This document shows positions 39,400-50,600 of a stretch of 55,109 bases of DNA, piece after piece. A program made the translations under genes and the position numbers. The stretch spans positions 25,515 to 80,623 of the forward strand of contig CAJFCJ010000074.1 in the NCBI GenBank assembly GCA_904063045.1. The letters run 5' to 3'. The notes below the pieces were generated by a model, which saw nothing but the letters and a program-made list of their open reading frames with translations, was not told the DNA's origin and did no database searches. Positions within the stretch are counted from its first letter, which is position 1. Every line of letters starts with the position of its first letter. The DNA is from Dimorphilus gyrociliatus. Taxonomy: Eukaryota; Animalia; Annelida.

Positions 39400-39627
39400 A
39401 TGGCGGCCAAACAATATCTTACTATTGAAGATGATTTTGAATGTGGAATATGCTTAGATTCCTGGAAAGGAAATGATCCAAGAGTGCTTTCTTGTCAACA
39501 TATATTTTGTTTTACTTGTATTCAACACTTACAAATTAAAAATGATGAAATCTGTTGTCCATTATGCGGGCAAGAAATGAAAATACCATGTGGTGATATT
39601 AAACAACTCAAAAAAATATGTGTTTAA
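39400..39627 (+). CDS. C3HC4 RING finger, TRIM-type N-terminus, 75 aa as sequenced (possible truncated TRIM)
   Basis: CGICLD...PRVLSCQHIFCFTCI...ICCPLC has all eight ligands; the stop follows an A7 run. Confidence 0.75.
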   Translation: MAAKQYLTIEDDFECGICLDSWKGNDPRVLSCQHIFCFTCIQHLQIKNDEICCPLCGQEMKIPCGDIKQLKKICV

Positions 39628-40250
39628 GACAGCAGAAAGTTTTGACAGTTATGACTTGAAGTTTGCTCAACCACCTGATGTTCTTTTCAAAAATGAAGAA
39701 GAAGTTTCTGGCTGGTTTAAGCAATTTGTCAATTTTATGGTTGTATGTGTTGCCTAGCAATCACAAACTGAAGATATAATACCTTGATGAAAATAATTCT
39801 GATAAAAAATATCAATTTTTGATATAAATTGTTATTCAACAAGTTTGTTTTCTGCTCTTATCTTTTTAAATGCATCTTATAAAAAATACCGTTTAATGTG
39901 AGCTTTGTGACTTGACTGATTACATAAAAGAACTCTAGATATATTAGGTCTAATCGCAGTATTAAATACACTCTGCTTTAATTTTACAACCGCCAAAGTA
40001 ATACTACTGATACTTTCCAACAATATTACTTAATCCGTAAACTTTCATTTGGTTTTGTAAGATGTAACAATTTTTGTAACATTCAATTCAGCCATTGAAT
40101 GTGAGAAGTTGGAACTGATCCAAAAGTCAACAATAGTCAAGTTTGACCTTTTAGTGCGCTTTAGCAGGCTTCTAAATTATTGTTCATAAGTAGTTAAAGT
40201 AAGACTAATGTGCTTCAATAATTATTACTAAATTTATTAAACTGAATATA

Positions 40251-41630
40251 AAGTCAAGGCCTAAAATACCCAGACACTGTAAATTTTGATAGGCCAATTT
40301 TGAAAACACCCCAAAAATGTTATCTTTGTTTTAAATTGGTTTTTTTGTCTAAATTTCCATGAAGAAAGAGTTATATTTATGTTATACTGAAAAAAATTAT
40401 AGAAAATTATCATATTTGTGAAAATTATTAGCAAAATTTTTTTTTTAATTTTCACTGTTTTTTTCTTTATTTGGCCATAAGTCCAAATTAACCATACATC
40501 CAGATTACATCCGGTTTTGCATTTCAATAGATGTCTTAAACTGAAATTTTTTTCAACAAAATTAATTTTCCAAGTTAAGTTGATTACTTATTATCTATTT
40601 TACCTACTTTAGTTAATTTTTATATCATTTATTTCATTATAGCATGGGGAAAAGAGGTTAGGAACCCGGTAATCCAGAAATATGAAGAATTGGGGAAAGT
40701 AAGGGAAACTGCAAGGGCTTTGGGAATGGCATCATCTACAGTGAGCAACATTTTAAGGTATAAGCCACCCAAACAAGAGAATAGGGGTTGTCCAAAGAGA
40801 CTCACAGAAAGAGATGTAGCAAGAATGAATAGGATTGTGAAGAGACTTAAAAGAAACAAGGAAAGGGTGACAGCTAGGAAGATTTTAAATGAATTAGAGG
40901 TAGATGTAGGCCTGAAGACAATTCAGAGAGAGTTGAAATTGCAAAATCTTTGTTATAAATGAATTCAACAAAGAGTTGATCTCACAAGCAATGACTGCAA
41001 AACAGTATTGTTTCAAAACTATTTGAGATAACTTAGATTGGTCAAGAGTCATATTTATGGATGAGGCAAGGTTTTCATTGAGTGGTCCTGACAACTTCAG
41101 GACCTGGACAAATGACAGGGAAAAAGAGATGAGATTAACAAAAAATATGGGCAGAGGTGGAGTAATGGTTTGGGGACTAATAACCTCGGATGGTGTGTTT
41201 GAGGTATGGAGAGTAAGCACAAGATTGAATGCCCAAAACTATGCTACTTTTGTGGTCAAAGATGTTCTCACAGTTATAGAAGAAATCTCAGATAAAATGG
41301 GGAGAGATTACATCTTCCAGCAGGATAATGCAGGGTGCCATACTGCAAGAGTTCCAAGCAGGGCATTCAGGATGAATGGCATACATCCAATCGATTGGCC
41401 AGCTAAGAGCCCTGATCTTAGCCCAATAGAAAATGTGTGGCACCTGACCAAAAATTTGGTTTATGATGGGGCACAATTCACATCAGAAGATGAACTATGG
41501 GAGAAAATTAAAAAATGCTCCTACAAACTTATAAACAAAAATCCTGACTTGCTACCAAATCTGTACACTGGAATGGGGGCGGGGTAGGATCAGTACATGC
41601 ATTGAGAAAGAAGGTCATCAAATACAGAAG
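40251..41630 (+). mobile_element. Near-full-length inactive Tc1 (DD34E), 3' TIR missing
   Basis: 5' TIR TA|AAGTCAAGG...CAGACACTGTAAATTTTG; start appears mutated (ATA GCA TGG GGA AAA), TGA at 40960, frameshifts; MDEARFSLSGPD, FQQDNAGCH-(34 aa)-SPIENVW. Confidence 0.9.
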
Positions 41631-41899
41631 TAGTAAAAATATTAGTCCCCAAACCATTGTCTGGAATAATGTGACTCACAGCCAAATAAGAAAAAAACGG
41701 GTACAGGAGAAAACGTCCACTATAGAACTTCAAAGTAAGATATAAGATATTTGATAGATGGAGTTTTTAGAGCAATTTGACAGGAAAAAATGAATAATAA
41801 GAATTACAAATATTTAAATATTAATATATTGATTAAGTAAAAAGAAGCATTATAACAAGAATGATTGACAACAGTGTAACAACATTAAAGAATAAAAGT

Positions 41900-42219
41900 A
41901 TTTTAAACTGGTGAATAAATGTCAGAAGCTTTATCAAGTAAGTCCAGGGAGGTAATGGAGGCAATTTCAAATTGTTCCCATAAGCTGAATATTTTGCTTT
42001 GAATATTCTGATATGCTTTTCTTTGCTGTCTACAAATTTTTCTTGTTAAGCCTGTGATGTCAGCCTTCAAGATCATTATTTGTCCTTATAGCCTCACCAT
42101 ATACAGACCATACCTCTGGTACCTTGCGCCCATGCTTCCCTAAAAACTTCATAAAGAAACACCTTTGCCAATATCTTGATATGTTGATTTTCATTCGATA
42201 TACCAGATTTATGCTGTAT
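41900..42219 (-). mobile_element. Older degenerate MULE transposase 3' remnant
   Basis: Manual translation PEVWSVYGEAIRTNNDLEG*HHRLNKK and RKAYQNIQSKIFSLWEQF...LLDKASDIYSP. Confidence 0.75.
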
Positions 42220-42230
42220 GGGACACCTGA

Positions 42231-43395
42231 ATAGGGGTGAAACCGTACCCATTTTGGGTGAAACCGTACCCATAAAAATATTAGGTTTTTTTAATGTTAT
42301 TAATACTAAAGAAAAGTATATACAATACTAAGAAAATGATAATAGATTAAGACATAACTTTGAAAGATAAAAGAATGGAAAAAGTGAAAAAAAAGAATAT
42401 TATGGAGTATAAATATCAGATGTTTGAACTAATAATTCATCTGCCAAAAGCCCTCCAAGTCTATAATTTTCTCAAATTTCAAATATTTTTCTTTCTATCT
42501 CAATATACTGCTTTTTTTGGAACTTGATAATCTTCTTCTCAGACATAAGCTTTTCACAGATAATAGCTAAATCAGCTTCTTTCTTCAGTTCATCAAGCAA
42601 CCAATAAAATGATCCTTTAGATGGTACTTTATTATTCCATCCTCCCACACTGTTATTAGTCCTTATGGATAATCCATATATAGACCAATTCTCTGATTTC
42701 CATAAAGAGTTCATAATCCAAGTTGCTTCAAAATATTCCAACAAGTCTGCAAATTTTTCTTTTTCTGTAAGTTGAGATTTCAATCTGAAATATGTTGGAG
42801 CAATGATATGAGCAGGCAGAAAAGGTAAAGCCATCAGCTTTCTCATGTCTCTCCAGTCCTCCCCTTTCTCCATATACTTTCCAGAGTATCCAAGAGACTT
42901 GAAGGATCATAATTGTAAAGACAAACCATATAGGTAAAATTAAATGTTTTACCTGTATTTTCCTATATATTGCTTGTATAAAATGGAATATACATCCATG
43001 AATTTGTGATTCTGGATATATTTTGGATACAGCTCTCCACAGACCCTTCTCAAAATCAATTGTTATCTTCTCAGGCTGTAACATACCAGTCATGTTTCTG
43101 ACACTCTGAAGAACGAAACATTCATCTGAAAGTAGTTAAATCTAGAATGATAATCTTTGCCCAAATATAATTATCAAAAAAAGCTTGACTTTCAAAGTAA
43201 ATTCTTTCCAAAGTGAAAGTTAACTTCAGTTTCTTCATTTTTAAAATGGCTGTCAGTTTATATTTTAACAGTCTTTTTATTTTTGTAGCTTCCATTATTA
43301 TAATTCTAAATAATAAAATTAAAAAAATATAATATTTTTATGGGTACGGTTTCACTCAGGTACGGTTTCACTCGGGTACGGTTTCACCCGCTACC
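42231..43395 (-). mobile_element. Internally deleted MULE (Mutator-like) element with TIRs, 9-11 bp TSD and an intron-containing transposase remnant
   Basis: GGGACACCTGA at 42220-42230 and 43396-43406; inverted termini built of GGGTGAAACCGTACCC units; IDFEKG...HGCIFHF, LMALPFLP, IRTNNSVGGWNN; 55-bp GT-AG intron 42898-42952 joins RKIQ|SLGYSGKY. Confidence 0.92.
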
Positions 43396-43647
43396 GGGAC
43401 ACCTGATATTAACCAATCATTCAATTGGTATGTTATGAGCAATTTCTTTAATAATCTGAAAATAGTCTACAGTATATGGTTATAAATTAACCATTTAACC
43501 ATTGTACATGAAATATAGTAAAAGAGTTCAGACTGTCAACAGCTGTCGAAATGATTAGAAATCAAGAAAATAAAAATGGTAATTTTAAATATTTAGCTAA
43601 AAGTATTTATTTTTAAACTACTCAACTATTCAACAGAAACTTCTGAA

Positions 43648-46600
43648 ATGGAGGAAGTCAAAAAAATTTTCACCCAGTTTGAAAGATTTGAAATGGTTTT
43701 TTTTCTTTTTTATATTTACAGTTCGATGTATTGTGATCGTAGGAAAACCAAAATGTTTTATACTAGACTGTTAACATACGAAGTCAGCTGCGCACAATGC
43801 TATTTATAACCGCTCATTTAAAATAGTTTTAGGTTACGTCTATGCTTTTCTAAACAAGGTTTTCTAAGTGCATACTATTATTTTTAAATTATAGAAAATA
43901 AATTCTAAAAGTTGTCATCTCTTTTTTCAGAATGAAAATTCAAAATGTACTCAACTAATTGTTTTAAAATGTAAGCATTATTTCTTTAACTAACGCCTCT
44001 TTTTAAGTTTTTATCTTTTAACATAGATAAGAATGAAAACAGGAAGTTTTTTAATATTGAAAAATTATCTAATCTATTTGATACTATTGAAGAATGGATT
44101 ATTGATACAAAAAGTGAATTCGAATTAAAAATTCGAAATTTAAAAAGAAACTCAACTGAGATTGATGGTTTTATCTTCCTTCTTCTTGTATCAGAAGAAG
44201 AAAATAGATCTGATTTTAAAATTGAGAATAGTGTATTAGGATCGTTTGACAATTTAAAATGCATGATTAATAAGAATAGTTCAGAAGAATTTCGTAATAA
44301 ACCGAAATTATTTATCTTCCCGAAATATTCAAAAGGTTAGTGAATGCTAAAAAATAACTGTCAATTTAACATTCTGAAAAAACTTTTTCAGTATCATCAT
44401 CTCTATCAGCCCAAACAGATTGCAGTAGTCAGAAAGACATTGCACAATCATTAGAAACTTGTTCAATTCAATCATTTTCCGATTTGAACATTAACTATTT
44501 TGATGGTATTTACTTTTCAAAATGGAGGTATTTTATCTTTTTAGAAATATTGAATTTGTATATTTTACAGAGAAATGGATGAACAATCAAGCGAGAAGAT
44601 TGTTTGACGAATTTAATATTTTCCATAAAGAGAATATATGCATTCATGAAAATGGAAATAATACAACAACAACTTTCTACTCAACTAGCGAAAATCTATT
44701 TAAAGATTACGAAAGTACAAATACACTGGTAGCAGAAGGAAAAAATGTTTTTCTCTCTTTTGATTACTTTAAAAGTCTGAATGAAGAAAACACAAACACA
44801 GAATGTGACGATGTTAAACTAAGCAAAGGTATAGTTTTTTATTCATTTGGTCACGTGATAGATTTCACTTTATTAAAATTTTTAGCTGTAAAAGTTTTTT
44901 ATGATAATGTCAGAAAATCAGATTGTTACTGCTATTTAAAAGCAAGGGAAATATCTCTCCTATTTGCTGAAAGTATATGTTATTTCATTCAAATATTCAA
45001 GTCTATCACTAATCGTATTCCCTTTTCCCTCAATCAAAGTCTCTTCCATTGCTGGACAATTACAACGGAAGTCTTTGGAACAAACGTCAGCTTATTTATT
45101 TAAAAAGAAAGCGGAAATAGAACGTTCAAGTTGTTCAAAATGCAAAAGTTTAATTGATGCATTCAAAACAAAGATAAATAATACATTTATGTTCTGGAAT
45201 GAAGACAGTATTAGAATTCTTCTCTGGTTGGATGACAGTAATAGACCCGGCAATGGGAATTTTAAAACCAACTACGACTTTGGATTCATTCTAAACGGAA
45301 TCCAACAAGATACTTTTGCAGAAACTTTACTAATTGTTACATTGAAACAAACCGGAAGTTGTAATTTTCAAAAAAGACTAACAAATCAAATTGGTTGGAT
45401 GGTTGTACCAGCATTCAATTACAGTTCGGACCATATTGAATTATTGAATAATGGCTTACTAATTGAGCATCAATCACTTTATGTTCCTCTCTTCCAAACA
45501 ACAGGCACCAATTATTATTTTCCAATCAAAGATGAAGAAAACGTCGACCAAGAATGGACACTTCTCCTATGCATTCAAGCAGAGATGATTGGACAAGAAC
45601 TTATCGGTTGTCATTTATCAATTAGACAGGAAATGAATAGCATTAATTCATTGAAAAATCTCATTTATTTGAGAGATTTTAAATTGAATTTAATGAAAAG
45701 TTCTTCATTTCAAATTCAAATTAATAAAGATTTGAATTTTAAAATCTCTTCTTTAGATTATCTATTGAAAGGAATTATCTTCAATCAACAATTCTATATT
45801 GATAAGACAAAAGAATTACATATATTCATTGAGAATAACAACAAGAATTTGATTTTGGATGATAATTTTCCAATATTGCAAAGGTTGAATAATGATATTA
45901 ATTCATTTTCAACAGCCTATTTTACTGGTGAAAAATTAATTTTAAATGCTGAAAATTCATTGGTTGTCCTACCGGAAGGATGTTTTCAAAAATCAACTGT
46001 TGTTTCAATACAAGAGAATTATTCATTCAAAAATAACAAAAATTGTACTATACTTCAAAGCTCTGTCGATTGTAAACCGGATGGAGAATTTTTTGAGCAA
46101 AAAACTGCAAAATTATTGTTTAATCCAATTTTTAAATCTAAAGATATTGACGTAGGGGAATTTAAATATTTAAAATCTGATTGGATTGTTGGCAATTTGA
46201 GGCATTTTTCCCGCCACGAGCTTTGTAACAATAGTAAGGATGGAGTAAGATTCAATCTTTATTCTTCAATTGAAAAATTAGATAACAAAACTTTGAAATT
46301 TTTTGTTTATTTTACTGTGAAAAGCAAAGTAAGTGATATCAATTTTTGTTGAATTTCAACTATCTTATATTTTCTGTTGTCGCCATTTTTTTCATTTTAT
46401 TCCCCAGAATAACACAAATGTTGAAATGGAACAGAACGAAATAACACTTCCATATAAAAATAATGCGGTTCCAGGTCAGAATGGCTTAAAGCTTACTGTC
46501 AAAGGGAATAATTTTGAAGAAACCTCTTCTAAATCCTTTAACACCTTATTTCAAAGTTTTGATAGAGGTTTTTATTAAAACAATGATAAAGAATACAAAT

Positions 46601-49167
46601 ATTATAAGCCTATATCATACACATTATTGATTTTATTCAGGTAACGACTTTCCTTTTGTTGTCTTCATCCAACATGAAGAAATTGACAAAGGAGAAATAA
46701 TCATTGAAAGTGGAAACTTAAAAAATAATGAGTTTGTTTCCTACGATTCTATAAATTGGAGATTTTCGAATATTTTCATTGACCAATCAAAGAACACTTC
46801 TCCAAAAGTGTGCATACTAAAATATTATTCAGAATATGGTGAGATTTAATAAAAAATTGTGATTGCGTTATTAAATTCTCTACTGTCCATCTTCCTAACT
46901 TACAACTCTTTTTTTGTTTTTGTTTTTAGAAACTCAACAACTCCAACACGAGGAAAATTTTGATTGTTCGAAGAAAATTAATGAAATATTAAAATGTTTG
47001 AATGATGAAGTAAGAACGCAGATTTGATTTTTAAAAATTAACAATAATAACCTTTACAGAAATCTTATAAAAATAATGGAAGTAGGGTTTTCTTCCTTTC
47101 TACAGCAAACACTATTGGAAGAGATAGTTCAAATTTGATCAATTTTTTCAACTTTTTGAATTTTCATACTCATACTTTGAATATCAAAGAAAATCTTTCA
47201 AGCCAAATTAAACATATTTTAAAGGATGATACAATTTCTAAATATGGTTTAATATTTTTTATACAATTTACCGGAAATGAAAAAATTGATAAATGTCAGG
47301 AAATTATTGATCAACTAAATATTGAAGAAGTTAGCGACCAACCTAAAATGTTCTTTTTTCAATTTTATACTAAAGGTGAAGGTTAAATTTTTTAAAAATG
47401 TCTTTTTTTTTTATTTCGAGTACTTTTAGTTTTTCCTAAAAATGAAGAAGATTTAAATGAAAAATTTAAGAATGTTTCACTCTCTTCCAAAACACCTGCA
47501 CAAGCATCAAATGATGACGATGATAGTTTGTTCGTGAAAGCTGACAAAACAACTAGCAATAATGTGCCTTCGTTACATAACATGAAAAATACTTTTGTTA
47601 GAATTGAAAACATTTATGGTAAGTATTGTCCAACTTGAAACTAAACTTAGTAATACCCAATTTTTAAGGATTATGTTATGAATGCATATGAAAACAATAA
47701 TTACAGATGACGTTGAAAATCTTGAAAAATGGGGAAGTTGTTTTATTAGAGGATTAATATTATCAATCAAATACTGCAACTACTGTAAACCTTTGAATAA
47801 GATCTTAGAATATACTCAGTTGATTGTTGAATCAAAACTGGAAAATATTTTAAGTGACAAAGAATTCGAATTAAAAACTAACGATTTCAAAAATTACTAT
47901 TTCCTACCAATTTCTGTTATCAAGTCTGAAAATTCCTTATTTAAGGAATTTAAAAAATTTGGTATAGTTCATTTGAAAATTTAAATTTTTAAAATATAAT
48001 TATTGAAATATATTCATTTTTTTTTAAAAGATAAATCACCTCGTATTACTTTCGAGTTGCTGGAGAGAAAATTTAGTAATGATAATGAAGTTTTAGATGG
48101 AAAGGTTTTTCTAACATAACTCAGTAACAAATTTAATTTCTTTCTTTTTTTCACTGTTTTCAGAAACTCTACTATGAATTTAAAACTGTAAAAGTTGTTA
48201 TTTTCAACATTTCAAAAAGTAACTTTCAATTGGATAGTTTAATTATCTAAAAAGACAAGAAAGCATTTTTTTTGTTGTTTTTTTTTATTATTTTGCAAAA
48301 CCTTTCAGAGAGACCAGGAAGTGAGCTGGACATTGACAACCTGTCAAATTTGTTCAATATTCTCGGGTACCAAGTACAAATTTGGCCTCAATGTAACAAG
48401 GATAATTTGATTCACAAAATAAAGTTGCTAAAAGAAGAAATGGAGAATTTTGACTGTTTAATATTCTTTGTGATGGCTCATGGTACTAAGTATGGATTCA
48501 AATGTAAATTTTCTTTTTAATAGAAGTTTTCTCAAATGTTTTTTATTAATAAGTTTTTTCTGTCATTTTAGTGTTGGACGACCATATTTTGGATTTTAAG
48601 GAATTTTTACGCCATTTTAATGACAAATGCCCAAATTTACTTTTAAAACCTAAACTTTTCTTTTTTAATTGTTGTAGAGGAAGTAAATAGTTTTAAATAA
48701 TTTATTTTTTCATTTTAAATTGAGCGATAACTAGGAATTTTTTCATTTTTAAAATAGCAAATTGGCTTTCCAATGAAACCAATAAATTCGACTTGAAAGA
48801 CACTGGGAGTGCATCAAATACACCTAAATCTGATGATGCAGAATGTATATCGGACTGCGGTAGGTTTTTTTCGACAATAGAAGGTATTGTTCTTTTTTTC
48901 TTTTGAGTTCTTAATTTATCATTTCTATTGTTACGTATTTTCTTGTCAGACCATGTCAGTTTACGTTTCCCAACTCTTGGAAGTATATTTATAAGATGCT
49001 TCATTATTTGTATGAGAGTCTATTCACATAGAGAATCCTTATCCTTAATTATGGAGAGAACCTACAGTCTACTGAAATGGAAAATTCATGAATACGAATT
49101 GGCATTGTACAGACAAGTTGCCGTCTCTGAACCTTCTTTGGAAACATTCTATTTTTTCAGCCTATAG
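43648..49167 (+). CDS. About 1390-aa multidomain caspase: pseudo-caspase, ZU5/UPA-like x2, pseudo-caspase, putatively active caspase
   Basis: Exons 43648-43695, 43931-43970, 44027-44335, 44392-44505, 44571-44972, 45040-46328, 46408-46567, 46641-46838, 46930-47009, 47060-47381, 47430-47618, 47707-47961, 48031-48104, 48164-48218, 48309-48503, 48572-48682, 48758-48883, 48950-49167. All are GT-AG and phase-compatible (4185 nt). Motifs NKPKLFIF, DQPKMFFFQ, WGSCFIRGL, FFVMAHG, KPKLFFFNCCRG, FSTIEDHVSLR..LGSIFI. The first exon is the least certain. Confidence 0.82.
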
Positions 49168-50600
49168 GCAAAGAATGAGTAGTGTTTTGTCATCATGAAA
49201 ACACTAAAAGCTAAAGAATAAGAATCTTTATTCAAGTTGTTTATTTCTAAACTGAACATTTTTATCCATTGAGAATTGTTTTGCTAATGTAAATTTTTGG
49301 ATTGATAATACTTATCATCTGTCTGCATTCTAAATTTGCAAAAATGATTCTGATTGGAGAGGAATGTTTGAATATACAAATTTTCATTAAACGCATTCAA
49401 ACAAAATTCCTATCAATCAATTAAAACTCGCTTCTAAACTGTCAGCCGCTACATTTGTGTATAAAGTGTCACTGTTAGTTGTTTTAGCTATAACAACATA
49501 ATCAATGTTTTAATAATAAACTCTCTATTTTAATATTTTATGTCTACGTCATAAGATAATTACATTCATTAGAAAGTTGATTGAATAAGATTTTTCAATT
49601 TACATTGAGATATCTTATCATATTTCTTTTTGGTACAAAAATCTTGTAACTTTTTACTAAAATCCTAATCTGAACTCTTCATTCATAAAAACACTTGCTC
49701 CTAAATCTACACTTTTCTATTGAGGGTATGATCTCCTCCAACTCTATTTTAGGTATCGTTTAGACCACGGTATAGAAATGATTGTACTCAACCCAATTGT
49801 TTCTTTAATTAGGCAGAGAAATTTGGATGCGATAGAAGACATCCACAAATTATTGCTTTAGTTCACTTGATCAAAGGTTTGCAAAGATAAAATGTCACAA
49901 TTTCATATTTCATACATAAGAAATACTCCATCGAACAGGGATACTTTTCCCTTTTTGGCTGCCATTAATGATATTTTGAAATTCCAATGAATTCTTGGCA
50001 GTAACTGCATTTCCTTCTCCTCTATCTCTACCATAAAATCTTTCATTAACATTTGATACAAAGAGGTGAACTCCTTTTCCTCTGTCTACTTTCTAAAGCT
50101 ATTTGTGTGCATCTGTTTACATTTTATCTATTAAATATAATTGTGAAGTTGAAAAAGTAGAACGATTTTGTTGTAGGAATTAGTTCAAATCAATTTTATA
50201 TCTAAAGTAGTTTATAGGAATTGATATTTTTTCAAACGTCCCAGAAAAATATCTCAATCGCCTGACAAGAAATTTATACAAAATTCCAACTTTACTTTTT
50301 TAAATTGTATCTTCACATGAACAAGTAATGCTAAAACAAACTAGAAAGTTAATCTACTATAATTGGAAGGCTATAATACTGTGCAATGAGTCACTATGAC
50401 ACTCTTTTCTAATATCAACTTTTAACCTTTAATGATAGAAATGCTGATAATCTGATTACAAAATTATCAAATATCCTATTAACCTATTCATTAAATGCAC
50501 ATAAATGTAAGCCTATAATAAGATATATATATATATATCCCACTAGTTTTTTTATTGGTAATATAATTTTGAATTTTGTCTACAAATTGAAATGAATACA

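Noticed and set aside
43340-43395. Short direct repeats GGTACGGTTTCAC as a CRISPR-like array
   Set aside because: No spacers, eukaryotic context; they are MULE subterminal repeats mirrored at 42235-42275.
43986-44264. Minus-strand ORFs across the caspase gene (also 47392-47613, 47573-47779, 48702-49004)
   Set aside because: The plus strand carries spliceable caspase-like exons at these positions.
44964-45103. Apparent frameshift between ORFs 44522-45103 and 44964-46352 in the caspase gene
   Set aside because: A 67-bp GT-AG intron (44973-45039, pyrimidine-rich 3' end) joins them in frame, so pseudogenisation need not be invoked; cDNA should confirm.
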